Part shown: positions 1 through 10,537 of the stretch, piece after piece | How positions within the stretch are numbered: position 1 is the stretch's first letter | Layout: each line of letters opens with the position of its first letter | NCBI GenBank assembly: GCA_938030745.1 | Contig: CALHIP010000001.1 | Span: 3,817 to 67,816 of the forward strand | DNA length: 64,000 bases | Direction: 5' to 3' | Origin: an uncultured Patescibacteria group bacterium | GTDB taxonomy: Bacteria; Patescibacteriota; Patescibacteriia; UBA2591; CALHIP01 | The notes under the pieces: model-generated | The model's input: only the letters and a program-made list of their open reading frames with translations | Databases searched by the model: none | What the model was told of the DNA's origin: nothing | Program-made: the position numbers and the translations under genes

Positions 1-480
1 AATTAAATCTAAAAAAGTTAGACCATAACCAACAAATTTTTTAGCAATTGAAACAACTAATCTTAGATTTGACTCAACCAATTTTTGGGCTGCTGCTAAA
101 TCACCTTTTTCTTTCCTTTTCGCTAGTTCTATTTCTTCCTGAGGTGTAAGAAGAGGAATTTTACCAATCTCTCTAAGATACATTTGAATCGAATCAGGAG
201 AAATTTTGTCTAAATCAATTGTTTCGGGAGTAAAAGCTGTTTTTCCTATTTCTTCTTTTTCTTCTTCTAAAAGAGTGTCTTTTGATTCAAAAATTTTTAT
301 TCCTAATAAATCTAATCGATCTAATAGATCCTCTAATTCATTAAGATATTTTCCTAAATTGGCAGGAAAAGCATAAATAATCTCATCTTCAGTAACAAAA
401 CCACGTTCCCTTCCTTTTTTTATCAAAGCCTCAATTTTCTTTTGAGAATAAGTTATATATTTTTTTCTTTTTTTTGGCAT
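1..480 (-). CDS. rpoD: RNA polymerase primary sigma factor RpoD (5' part; runs off window start)
   Basis: Manual translation from ATG at 480: MPKKRKK...[13 protein letters not shown] (region 1.1), [27 protein letters not shown] (region 1.2), [16 protein letters not shown] (region 2.1); directly downstream of dnaG. Not in ORF track. Confidence 0.93.
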   Translation of the reverse strand, partial: MPKKRKKYITYSQKKIEALIKKGRERGFVTEDEIIYAFPANLGKYLNELEDLLDRLDLLGIKIFESKDTLLEEEKEEIGKTAFTPETIDLDKISPDSIQMYLREIGKIPLLTPQEEIELAKRKEKGDLAAAQKLVESNLRLVVSIAKKFVGYGLTFLDLI

Positions 481-486
481 AAAATT

Positions 487-2292
487 TTAGAGTTGTTTTA
501 AATCTTTAGTAAGTTCAGCTACCTCTTCAGAGATTTTTTTAATTTTCTCTTTATCTTTTTCTTTTTCAGCAATTTTTAAATCTTCAGTTAAGTTTTTTAT
601 CTTTTTAAGAATAAAATTTTTTTTAATAATTTTAAAAAGCAATTCTAATTCTTGATCAATAATCTTTCTTTCAACACCATCAAAATCTTTCTCAATGCCT
701 AAAATCAAAAAATCAAGATAAAGGCAAAGGTCTTCATCAGCTAATTCTTTTTTAAAATCATCAAGAGTAAGTTTTTCATTTTCCAAAGAAACCAAACTAT
801 AAGATTTTTTTAATTGTCTAATAATTTTTTTTAATTTTTCATTGATAAAAATTTCCTCATTTAACTCTTCGTAAAAAGAAGAAACTTGTTCTGGATGTTT
901 AATCAACAAACCAACAAATCTTTCTTGAGCAACTAATTCTTGATTTGGTTTTTCAATTTCTAATTCTTCTTCCTCTGGTTCTTTTTTCAAAATTTTCTTT
1001 AAATCTTCTCTTAAGACTTCATAAGAAACTTTTATTTTTTCAGCTAAATTTTTAAGCCAGAAATCTTGTTCAATTAAATTACCTATTTTTGAAATAATTG
1101 GTAGTAAATTTTTGACTGCCTTTTTTTTGTCCGACAAATTTTCAGGATCTAAATCTCTAAAAGTTGAAGAAAAATAATATTCCATGATTGGCTGTGAATC
1201 TTTTATTGCTTTTAGCCAGAGATTTTTATTTTTTCTAATACATTCATCAGGATCTTTACCTTCTGGTAGGGTCAAGACTTTTATATTCATCTCACAAGAG
1301 AGAGCTATATCAATTCCTCTTTTTGTAGCTGTCTCTCCAGAAGGATCAAAATCAAAAGCAAGAATTATGTTTGGAGAATATCTTTTTAAAATTTTTATTT
1401 GATGAAGTGTTAAAGCTGAACCAGAAACAGCAACTGTATTTTTTGTTCCTGCTGAATGAGCTGAAATGACATCAAAATTTCCTTCAACCAAAATTGTATA
1501 ATTTCTTTTTTTAATTTCTAATTTTGCCTTATCAAGACCGTAAAGGAGTCTGCCTTTGTTATAAATCAATGTTTCAGGAGTATTAATATATTTTGGAACA
1601 TCTTCTTTTTCTAAAGAAGGAAGGATTCTTCCAGAAAAACCAACAGGATTACCAAAAAGATCAAAAATTGGGAAAATAATCCGGCCACGGAAGCGGTCAT
1701 AATACTGTAAATCTTTTGGAATTTCAAAGTTCTCTTTTGTCTCTGTTCTTGGAATAATTAAACCTGCCTCTTTAATATCTTCTGCCTTATATCCTTTCTT
1801 TAACAAATTTTGATAAAGGACTCGCCATTCATTAGGAGCAAAACCAAGTTGCCATTCTTTAATTGTTTCTTTAGAAATTTTTCTCTCATTTAAATATTTT
1901 CTTGCTTCTTCAGCGTTTTTATTATAAAGAAGATACCAATGATAGAAATTAGCTGCCTCACGACATATATCTAAAAGTTTTGTCCTTTTACTGGTAAAAT
2001 GATAATCAGAAGTTTTTAAACTCACACCAGCCTTTTTAGCTAAAATTCTTAAAGCTTGAGGAAAATCAACACCTTCTATTTCCATAATAAAATCAAATAA
2101 CCCCCCTCCCCTTCCACAACCAAAACATTTCCAAATCTGTTTTTCTGGTGAAACAAAAAAACTTGGTACTCTTTCTTTGTGAAATGGACACAAAGCCTTC
2201 ATGTTAGCTCCAGCTGGCATCAATTTAATATATTCGGAGACAACTTCAACTAAATCTAATTTTGCTTTTATTTCATCAATTGGCGAAGCCAT
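487..2292 (-). CDS. dnaG: DNA primase
   Basis: CHC2 zinc finger CPFHKE...WKCFGC, YDRFRGRIIFPI, KYINTPET, TOPRIM VEGNFD / FDFD. Confidence 0.97.
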   Translation of the reverse strand: MASPIDEIKAKLDLVEVVSEYIKLMPAGANMKALCPFHKERVPSFFVSPEKQIWKCFGCGRGGGLFDFIMEIEGVDFPQALRILAKKAGVSLKTSDYHFTSKRTKLLDICREAANFYHWYLLYNKNAEEARKYLNERKISKETIKEWQLGFAPNEWRVLYQNLLKKGYKAEDIKEAGLIIPRTETKENFEIPKDLQYYDRFRGRIIFPIFDLFGNPVGFSGRILPSLEKEDVPKYINTPETLIYNKGRLLYGLDKAKLEIKKRNYTILVEGNFDVISAHSAGTKNTVAVSGSALTLHQIKILKRYSPNIILAFDFDPSGETATKRGIDIALSCEMNIKVLTLPEGKDPDECIRKNKNLWLKAIKDSQPIMEYYFSSTFRDLDPENLSDKKKAVKNLLPIISKIGNLIEQDFWLKNLAEKIKVSYEVLREDLKKILKKEPEEEELEIEKPNQELVAQERFVGLLIKHPEQVSSFYEELNEEIFINEKLKKIIRQLKKSYSLVSLENEKLTLDDFKKELADEDLCLYLDFLILGIEKDFDGVERKIIDQELELLFKIIKKNFILKKIKNLTEDLKIAEKEKDKEKIKKISEEVAELTKDLKQL

Positions 2293-2359
2293 AATGAAAA
2301 TTATAAGGCGCTATAATAAAAAGGCCTTATTAAAAATTATAAACAAAAAACAAGGAATG

Positions 2360-3623
2360 TCAATTAATCATTTGTAAGTCTTTTTTAATCTGTTCTTTTA
2401 GCTGAAGTAGACTTTTAAATTTCTTAACCTCTCTAATTTTTTTAACAACCTTAATTTCTATTTCTTTTTGATAAAGATTACCTGAGAAATCTTTGATAAA
2501 AATTTCTAAAGATGGTCCCTCATTGAAAGTTTCTTTGTAACCAAAATGAAGTAGGCCTTGATATATTTTGTCATTAATTTTTGTCTGAACTAGATAAACG
2601 CCGTGAGGTATATCTAAATCTTTTTTATCTAAGTTGGCTGTTGGAAAGCCAAGTAATCTACCTCGTTTAACCCCGGCAATGACTTTAGCAACAAAAGTAG
2701 TCTCTTTTGCCTGGCCTTCGCTGACCACTTTATAAAAACAAAGTAACAAAATCAGAGAAGCAATGATCTGGATACTATTTAAAACATTCTTGTTCAAAAT
2801 ATAATCTAAAACAACGGCGGAGAGGGGCCAAAATAATTCGCAAATTGTTGAAACTGAAGCTGTTACTCTTTTTAAACCAAAATAATAGAGAAACATTGCT
2901 GTTGCACCACTGGTAAAAACAATAACAATAAAAAGTTTCCATTGGAAACCGCTGATTTGAGGAATTTTAAAAAATTCACCAGTTAACAAAACCAAAATGA
3001 GCATTATTAAACTGGTAATACCAAATCTTAAAGCAGTAGTTGATTTGAAATCTAAGTGATTAACAATTCTTTTGCCAAAAACTGTTGACGAACCGAAAGC
3101 AAAAGCAGCTAAAAAAGCAAAAAAAGCAGCGTGATGGAATAAATCAATCTCTGAAGGATTCAAACCACTCTTACCAAATGCCAGAAAATAAGAAGCGACA
3201 ATTGCTAGAACCGCCCAGAAATAAAATTTCCGGCTTTAATTTTTCCTTTAAAATCAACCGGGCTAAAATTAAAGCAAAAACTGGCTGAAGTTTTTGTAAA
3301 ATAATGACTGTAGCAAAAGTCACTTCGCCATGAACAGCAGCAAAAAAAGCTTTGGTAATTGTAATTGTACCAATTGCTCCACCAAATAAACAGACCCAAA
3401 AAACTGCTTCCCAATCTTTTAAACTTAACTTTTGAATTTTGAACCAGCCCAAAAACAAAAAAGGACTCAAAACTAGAAAACCAAAAAAATGTTCCAGAAA
3501 AACTACTAAATTAGCTGGCAATTCATAAAATTTCGGCCTAATGAAAGTGCCATCCAAACTCCAAAACAAAGCAGCCAGCATAATCGCCAGTGCACCGATA
3601 ATAATTTTTTTATCAATTGTCAT
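2360..3623 (-). pseudogene. EamA/DMT-family transporter fused to C-terminal riboflavin kinase domain, split by a +1 frameshift near 3230 (ORFs 3171-3623 and 2360-3163)
   Basis: Removing one base in AAG CCG G AAA TTT joins ...KEKLKP to KFYFWAVLAIVASYFLAFGKSGLNPSEID..., giving a 420-aa ORF with two EamA repeats. The C-terminus has GRLLGFPTANL, GVY, E and IREVKKFKSLLQLKEQI of RibF-type riboflavin kinase. Could be a sequencing error. Confidence 0.8.
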
Positions 3624-5077
3624 TTTATCTTTCTTATAACCCCCTTATTGGCATCTACCTCAACCAAATCTCCATCTTTTAGGACTTTGGTAGCAATTTT
3701 TGTGCCAATAATACAGGGAATATTAAGTTCACGAGAAACAATGGCAGTATGAGATAAGAATCCACCCTCGTCAGTAATAATTGCGGCTGCTTTTTGCATT
3801 GCCGGAACAAAAGTAGGATTTGTCATCGGTGTGACTAAAATCTCTCCTTTTAAAAATTTAGAAACTTCTTTGGTTTCTTTCAGTATGTGAACCTTACCTT
3901 TAATGATTCCGCCTGGGCAGGCTACCATACCTCGGAGTTCTGTAATTGGAACACTGATCTCTTTAATTTTTTCTTCCTGATAATATTTTTTTAATTCTTT
4001 ACCACTTAAAACCTCTGATTCACCATTGCTAAAAATAATAGCATGATCCTTTATTCTTTTTTGTACTTCTTTTCTAGGAATAACCAATTTATTTTTCTCT
4101 AAACTGCTAATTATTTCTGATAATCGAAGTGAAACAACCCCTTCATAGGAAATTTTTAACCTCTTAGCAATTTCATCAAACAATCCTTTTAAATGATAAA
4201 TATAGTAATTGGTTGCTTCATTAGCAAAATTCATCGCATAAGAAGCCTTTTTCATTGCTTTTATTATTTTTTTCTCGTAATTGCTAAAACCATAGATAGC
4301 TAAATTAATTTTTTTAGTTTTTATCTTTTTTATCTCGTTTTTAATATATTCTTGTCCTTGTTTTATTATTTCTTTCACCCTTTTCTCTATTTCTTGAAAT
4401 GTATAACCTTCGCCCCAAAAATAATATTTATTGACAAAAGCATATTTCTTTAAATGATCAAAAAGGCGTTTTTTTAGAATTTTCTTATTCTTTATACAAT
4501 CATTAGCTATTCGTAATAAATTAAGCCTTTCTTTTCCAACCATGGTTATTTTCTCAGGTTTAGAGATAAATTCTATTATTTCGTTTAAATTTTTTTTATA
4601 TTTATCTTTTAATTTATTAATGAAATCCCTAATAAAAATATCGTTGAAGAAAAAATAATAAGCATACGGGATTCCGCCGCCCCAAAGTTTCGATTGCAAG
4701 TCTGTCATTTCTTCTAAAATTTTCGCCAACTCTCTATTGGTTAATTTTTCCCATTTCTTTTTTCTTAGTTTATTAGTTTTTTCAATTATCTTATTAGCTA
4801 TTTTTTCCATTCTTTGCCCATAAAAATAAAAATAATCCGGTTTTTTCTTGTGGATCTTGCTTAATAAATTGATTAAATTTTGGTAATCATCTTCTCCAAG
4901 ATGGCGAGCGCCATTAAATTGACGATAATTTTTTATTTTATAATCTATGCCGTAGATTATCTTGGCATAATTTTTTTTAATTCCCAATCCAACTCCATCA
5001 ACGTATAATAAAGCATGATTTTTGCCTCGCCGAGCAACCGGAATCCATTTTATTTTTCTTTTTATCATATTTTGCAT
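3620..5077 (-). CDS. Variable N-terminal domain + swivelling phospho-His (PEP-utilizer mobile) domain protein, paralogue 1
   Basis: C-terminal GEILVTPMTNP...TDEGGFLSHTAIVSRELNIPCIIGTKIATKVLKDGDLVEVDANKG; no ATP-grasp; stop overlaps EamA start (ATGA). Confidence 0.88.
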   Translation of the reverse strand: MQNMIKRKIKWIPVARRGKNHALLYVDGVGLGIKKNYAKIIYGIDYKIKNYRQFNGARHLGEDDYQNLINLLSKIHKKKPDYFYFYGQRMEKIANKIIEKTNKLRKKKWEKLTNRELAKILEEMTDLQSKLWGGGIPYAYYFFFNDIFIRDFINKLKDKYKKNLNEIIEFISKPEKITMVGKERLNLLRIANDCIKNKKILKKRLFDHLKKYAFVNKYYFWGEGYTFQEIEKRVKEIIKQGQEYIKNEIKKIKTKKINLAIYGFSNYEKKIIKAMKKASYAMNFANEATNYYIYHLKGLFDEIAKRLKISYEGVVSLRLSEIISSLEKNKLVIPRKEVQKRIKDHAIIFSNGESEVLSGKELKKYYQEEKIKEISVPITELRGMVACPGGIIKGKVHILKETKEVSKFLKGEILVTPMTNPTFVPAMQKAAAIITDEGGFLSHTAIVSRELNIPCIIGTKIATKVLKDGDLVEVDANKGVIRKIK

Positions 5078-5104
5078 CTTTTAAAATTAATCTTGTTTAC
5101 TATT

Positions 5105-5251
5105 CTTTTGATAAAAATTTCTAAAGATAGTGCTTCATTGAAAATTTTTTATAACCAAGTTAGATAGTGTTTAAAACATTTTTATTTAAATAATCTAAAA
5201 CAATAACTGAAAAGCTATAATAATTTATAAATTGTTAAAACTCAAGTTGTT
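5105..5251 (-). pseudogene. Decayed internal fragments of the EamA-riboflavin kinase gene
   Basis: 5107-5158 aligns to 2492-2544 (tttgataaaaatttctaaagat...cattgaaa...taaccaa); 5163-5251 aligns to 2771-2864 (tttaaaacatt...taatctaaaacaa...aaattgtt.aaact). Confidence 0.7.
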
Positions 5252-5252
5252 T

Positions 5253-6743
5253 CTAACCAGCCTGTTTTATTTTTCTTACCACCCCTTTATCTGCATCAAC
5301 TTCAACCAAATCTCCATCTTTTAGGACTTTGGTAGCAATTTTTGTACCGATAATGCAGGGAATCTTTAGTTCTCTGGCGAGGATAGCAGCATGGCAGATA
5401 ATGCCGCCCTCGTCAGTAACAATGGCTTTTATCTTTTTTACATAAAGAGATATTTCTGGAGTAGTCATGGAAATGACCAATATCCTATTTGGTTTAATCT
5501 TTTTGTATTGATAAACACTATGAAGAATTTGAACCGGACCACAAACTTTACCTGGAAAAGCTACCATTCCTTCAATCTTTTTTAACTTTTGATATTCCTT
5601 TGGCACTTTTTCTAATTTTTTCAAAGCTTTTCCAGTGTAGATTTTAAGTCTACCTTTTATAAACACATATCCATAACCCTTTTTCCTTTCTTGAATATCT
5701 TTTTTTGTGCCTTTATCTTTTAATATTTCATTAATGGTCAACTCAATTATCTCATCGTAATTTAATTTTCTTCGCCGAGCAATCTCAGCTAACAAAGGTT
5801 TTAAGTAATAATGGGCTATACTCAAATCTTCTATTCTGGTTTGTCGCCAGAGGGTGGTTTCTTGAAGAGATCTCACATAGATAAAAAAATAAGAAGGAAG
5901 ATTTAATTTTTTAAGTTGAGTTATTATTTTTTTAAAATTAGCCTTTTCTTTTTGATAATCAGCTATTAAAACTTTTAAAGTTTTATTTGGATTGTTTTTT
6001 AAAGCTTCTTTTAGTTCGAAAATAACATCATTTAAGGTATATTCTTTAGCATTTAGAAGATAACTTCCTCTCCACTGGTATTTTTTTTGAAAAACTAAAA
6101 TTTTGGAAAAAAGTTTTTTTGAAATTCTTTTTAAAATTTCTTTGACATCTTTTTTTATAAAAATTTTTTTTATTTTTCTCTTTTTATTAATTTGACAAGC
6201 TAATTTAAGGAGTTCCTTTTTGAATTTTAAGTTACGGCTCGGCCGAGGTAAGATATTAAGACGATAAATAATTTCAGTTATTTCACTTTGACTTTTTTTA
6301 TTTTTTAACATCTTTTCTAATTTTTCTATAAGAATTTCTTCAAATAGCCAAGGAGTATAGATATAATTCCAGGCTGGTAAATAAATCTCTAATAATTTAA
6401 CAAACAGAGTTTTCAACTGTTTGGTTGTCATTTTTTTAAGATCCATCTGACTAATTTTTTTACCAGCCATTATCATTTTTTTGTTTTGGAAATTTTGATT
6501 TTTGATTGCATCAATTAAAACCCAGGCCGATTTTTTTAGTTTCTTTAAATAGTAATTTTTTGCTTTTTTAAAATCTGATTCTGCCAAAAAAGTGTTTCCT
6601 CCTATTCTTTTATAAAAAGAAAAATCAGGACAGCCTTGAACTCTCCGAGTATATTTAGTTATGGAAGTATTTACTATATCAGTAACTAATAAAGGGTGTC
6701 TTCCTCTTCCTACAATTTTTCTCCATTTGATTTTTTCTGTCAT
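5253..6743 (-). CDS. Variable N-terminal domain + phospho-His domain protein, paralogue 2
   Basis: TDEGGIICHAAILARELKIPCIIGTKIATKVLKDGDLVEVDADKG. Confidence 0.88.
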   Translation of the reverse strand: MTEKIKWRKIVGRGRHPLLVTDIVNTSITKYTRRVQGCPDFSFYKRIGGNTFLAESDFKKAKNYYLKKLKKSAWVLIDAIKNQNFQNKKMIMAGKKISQMDLKKMTTKQLKTLFVKLLEIYLPAWNYIYTPWLFEEILIEKLEKMLKNKKSQSEITEIIYRLNILPRPSRNLKFKKELLKLACQINKKRKIKKIFIKKDVKEILKRISKKLFSKILVFQKKYQWRGSYLLNAKEYTLNDVIFELKEALKNNPNKTLKVLIADYQKEKANFKKIITQLKKLNLPSYFFIYVRSLQETTLWRQTRIEDLSIAHYYLKPLLAEIARRRKLNYDEIIELTINEILKDKGTKKDIQERKKGYGYVFIKGRLKIYTGKALKKLEKVPKEYQKLKKIEGMVAFPGKVCGPVQILHSVYQYKKIKPNRILVISMTTPEISLYVKKIKAIVTDEGGIICHAAILARELKIPCIIGTKIATKVLKDGDLVEVDADKGVVRKIKQAG

Positions 6744-6758
6744 AAATTAAAAATATTT

Positions 6759-6803
6759 TTATAAAGTAGCAATTGATCTCGATTCAACAATATAAATTTT
6801 TTT
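6759..6803 (-). pseudogene. Remnant 3' end of an ATP-grasp (PPDK_N) gene
   Basis: Minus strand reads KKIYIVESRSIATL*, matching KKFYIVQSRPITTL* (10638 gene) and KLYIVQSRSIATL* (13596 pseudogene). Confidence 0.72.
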
Positions 6804-6823
6804 CTTTATTATCTAATTATTTA

Positions 6824-8318
6824 TTATGATTTTAATTTTTTAACTACTCCCTTATTTGCATCAACCTCAATCAGATCTCCATCTTTAATTAATTTTGTCG
6901 CATTTTTTGTTCCAATCACACACGGCTTTTTCATCTCTCGAGCTACTATAGCCGCATGAGAAGTAATTCCTCCTTCGTCTGTCACAAAGCCAGCAGCTTT
7001 TTGCATAGCAATAATTAAATCGGGGTTAGTAGCTCGACTAACTAAAATTTCCCCCTTCTTAATCTTTCCTATATCTTCTTTAAGATTAATAATTCGAGCT
7101 ACTCCTTTTACTTTACCTGGATAAGCACAATTTCCCTTTATCTGGGTTGTTTGGATTTCTGGTTTTTCTCTAATTAATTTTAAATATTTTTTACTTTCTT
7201 TTAAAGATAAGATTCTTATTTTCTTATCCACTGTCAACGAAACGCATCCTTTTTTAAGACGATTTTTTATCATCGATTTTATTTTTTTATTTAATAATTT
7301 TTTGTTCAACAGATATTTTTTTATTTCTTCTAAAGTAATAAATCTTGTTTCTGGTAAAGAAAATCCTAATCGTCTTCCAATTTCTTTTAAAATTGGTTCA
7401 AAACAAAAATTAGAATAAATCAAAAATTCCTTTCGGTAAGCTTTAAGAAAAATCATCGATGCTATTTTATTAAGTAATGATATATTTTCTTTCTTTAATT
7501 TTAACTTACCTTTCAAAGTCCTTTTCTGTTGACTAATAATTTTTTTATAATTTTTAATTTCTTTTATTTTCTCTTCCGGATTTTTAATTAATTTCAAATT
7601 ATTTTTTAAAATTTGAACGATATCATTTTTACTCCAGGCCGGACCAATATAATAATAAGAAAGCCAACCATATTTTTTTACATGTCTTTCGATAAGTTGA
7701 TTAATTTTTTTTGTTTTTCCACCAATTTTTATTTTTTAACTTTTGAATTAAAACCTGAATTTTATATAAATCTAATTCATGCTTACGTTGATAAGTTATT
7801 TGCGTTGGAGTTGTTAGTTTACTAATATATTCTTTAATTTTGGGATTTGGTCCAATTTGTTTTTCAATTTCTTTTTCGGCAATTTCAAAAATAGATTTAC
7901 TTCCCATATCAACAAAATTTGGAATCCAAGCATAGATCCTTAGGGCCAGTGTTTTTTCAATAAATTTATTATAAATTTTTATTAATTGTCGATCGTTTAA
8001 AATCTCAGGGTTAATTTTTTTTAATTGGTCTGAAAATTTCTTTAAATTTCTACACTCTTTTATCATTTCTTTTTTAACTTTTTTATGAAATAAATTATCT
8101 TCGATTAACTTTTTTTGAGTAAAATCACACATCCTTTGCCAAGATTTTTTATCAACATACATTTTTATATTAGTCCCTCGATAAATACTTATAATTCTTT
8201 TACAGGCTATACCCAACAATTTTTTCACCGAATGAGTAGCGGCCAAATCCATTAAGAAAATAGGGAAAAAACTTGTCTGTTGACCTTCGAATATTTTTAT
8301 TAGAGAGTTTTTCTTCAT
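6824..8318 (-). pseudogene. Variable N-terminal domain + phospho-His domain protein, paralogue 3, frameshifted in an A8 run (ORFs 7701-8318 and 6824-7597)
   Basis: A8 run at 7705-7712; A7 restores WWKNKKINQLIERHVKKYGWLSYYYIGPAW...KLIKNPEEK and a 497-aa ORF ending TDEGGITSHAAIVAREMKKPCVIG. Confidence 0.82.
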
Positions 8319-8322
8319 AAAT

Positions 8323-9846
8323 TTATTCTCTTTTTAAAATTTTAACTCGATTGTGATTTGTGTTTATCTCTATTAAATCGTTATCGTGAAGGACCTTAGT
8401 TGCAACTTTAGTAGCAATGATGCAAGGAATCCCAAGTTCACGAGCAACAATTGCTGCATGGCAAGTAATTCCACCTTCGTCAGTAACAATACCTGCTGCT
8501 TTTTTAATAAATGGCATCCAATGAGGTCGAGTCATTCCAGTGACTAAAATATCTCCTTTTTTAATTTTATAACCATCTTTAATATCTTTAACAATTTTTG
8601 CTTTACCAATTACTACTCCAGAAGAGGCACTAACTCCTTTTATTTCACCAATTAATTTTTTCTTTTCTCCTAAAAATTCTTGATGCCATTTTTCGGCTTC
8701 TTTACCAACTAAAATCTTATATCTATTTGGCCAAATTAAATAAGCACAACACTTCATTCTTTGATGAATTAATTTTTTATCAAATTTCTTTTTCAAAAGC
8801 ATTTCTTCAATTTTGTGATGATCGGTATAATACATTTCTTGAAGTGATAAACCTAATCTTTTGCCGATTTCTTTTAAAACAATTGTAATGTAATAATTTG
8901 CTTCATTCATTACTGCTTTTCTTTGATCATGAAGATAACCAAAAAATTCTATCCATTTTAAAAGTCTTTTTGTTTCATTGTCTAATTTCAATTTTTTAAT
9001 TAAATTTTTCTTTTTTCGTTGATAATTTTTAACAACATTTTTCAGTTCCTTTATTTTCTTCTCTAAATCAATATTTTCCTTAAAGTAGCGTTGGATTTTT
9101 TTTAAGAAATAATCTACAGATAATTTAATACCTTGAGCATAACTATTTTTAATCCAGAAAAATTTTTCTTGATGTTCTTGGATAGATGACCAAATTAAAG
9201 ATTTTTTAATTAACTTTTTTGCTTTTTTATAATCCTTCTTTAAAATTTCAGCTAATTTTTTGTTTTTCTTTATCTTTTTAGCTATTTCTAAAAGATTTAA
9301 TTCCTCTTCGTTGGCCCAAGATCTCTTTTTGGGAAAAGTTAAAATTTCTAAATATTGAGCAAATTTTCTCGGTTGATCAATTTTTTCTAAATATTTTTTC
9401 AATTTTTCAGTAATAATTTTTTCTGTATGAAGTCCAAACGGATCACATAATAAAGCTGGAGAATATTCTTCTTGATAAAGATTGATTAATTTTCGGAAAG
9501 TTTTTGCCAATTCTTGATCAGAAAGTTTTCTCAGACTAATTTTTGAAATTTTTCTTTCAAAGTTTTTTAATCTTTTAACCCTCTTTTTCCATAATTTTTC
9601 AAGATTTTTTAGAAAATTTGGTTCTTTCTTTATTCTTCTAATAATTGCTTTTGCCTGTTTGTGAATATCTGGCCAAAGATAGCCAAAATAATTAATCCGA
9701 CCATGAGCATTAACACCTGGAGAAAATGGCTTTTCCATACCTTTGCCGAAATCTTTTAAAGTGTTAACGGTTTCTGCTTCAGCTGCAATAAAAGAAAGAA
9801 GTAATACTCCATCCATTCTTTGAACAAAATATTTTGGTTCTTTCAT
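8323..9846 (-). CDS. Variable N-terminal domain + phospho-His domain protein, paralogue 4
   Basis: GDILVTGMTRP...TDEGGITCHAAIVARELGIPCII. Confidence 0.88.
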   Translation of the reverse strand: MKEPKYFVQRMDGVLLLSFIAAEAETVNTLKDFGKGMEKPFSPGVNAHGRINYFGYLWPDIHKQAKAIIRRIKKEPNFLKNLEKLWKKRVKRLKNFERKISKISLRKLSDQELAKTFRKLINLYQEEYSPALLCDPFGLHTEKIITEKLKKYLEKIDQPRKFAQYLEILTFPKKRSWANEEELNLLEIAKKIKKNKKLAEILKKDYKKAKKLIKKSLIWSSIQEHQEKFFWIKNSYAQGIKLSVDYFLKKIQRYFKENIDLEKKIKELKNVVKNYQRKKKNLIKKLKLDNETKRLLKWIEFFGYLHDQRKAVMNEANYYITIVLKEIGKRLGLSLQEMYYTDHHKIEEMLLKKKFDKKLIHQRMKCCAYLIWPNRYKILVGKEAEKWHQEFLGEKKKLIGEIKGVSASSGVVIGKAKIVKDIKDGYKIKKGDILVTGMTRPHWMPFIKKAAGIVTDEGGITCHAAIVARELGIPCIIATKVATKVLHDNDLIEINTNHNRVKILKRE

Positions 9847-9860
9847 AATTGTTTAAAAAC

Positions 9861-10487
9861 TTAAGTTATTATAGATTTTTTTAATTTTTTTTCATTTTTT
9901 ATTATATCGTAGAGACTGCCTATTTCCCAATAATTATTTTTTTTACGAATACCAAGGTCATCATTCTTAATATGATAAACTCTTATTTTAAGATTTTCAA
10001 TACTTTGAGCGGCATTAAGAAAAAATAGACAATTTTCTAATTTATCGTCAGTATAAACAATTTCTTTATATCCTTCTTTTACTTTGTCTTCTAAAATTTT
10101 TGTAATCATTTCCTTAGTCTTTTTATTTGTATTACCAAAATCAAAGGTGCTAATAATTTCTTTAAAATAAGGTCTAATATCAAATAATCCTTTTTTTAAA
10201 AAATATTCAGCCCGCCAATCAATTTGTTCTTTATTACCGGTAGTAAAAACAATGTTATTTTTTGTCCAAGACAAAACTTTTTTAAAACCTTTAGCAATTT
10301 TTAACTTAAAGAGACCTTCTCTGTAAGGTCTTTCATAGGCTCGTTCATAATCAAGTGGCGAAATAGTTTTTAAATCATAACCAAGTGATTCAACATATTG
10401 ATCATAATTTTCAAAACCAGTACTTTTATCCCATTCTTCAGGAAACAAAGTATTAGCCAAATCCCAAATGTACAATCTCTTACTCAT
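9861..10487 (-). CDS. HAD-superfamily hydrolase-like protein
   Basis: N-terminal YIWDLANTLF (motif I variant), FTTG (motif II), K, YTDDKLEN (motif IV). Confidence 0.6.
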   Translation of the reverse strand: MSKRLYIWDLANTLFPEEWDKSTGFENYDQYVESLGYDLKTISPLDYERAYERPYREGLFKLKIAKGFKKVLSWTKNNIVFTTGNKEQIDWRAEYFLKKGLFDIRPYFKEIISTFDFGNTNKKTKEMITKILEDKVKEGYKEIVYTDDKLENCLFFLNAAQSIENLKIRVYHIKNDDLGIRKKNNYWEIGSLYDIIKNEKKLKKSIIT

Positions 10488-10537
10488 TGATCAAAAGAGA
10501 AATGATTAATCAATTAAACTTAAAAGAAGTGAATACT

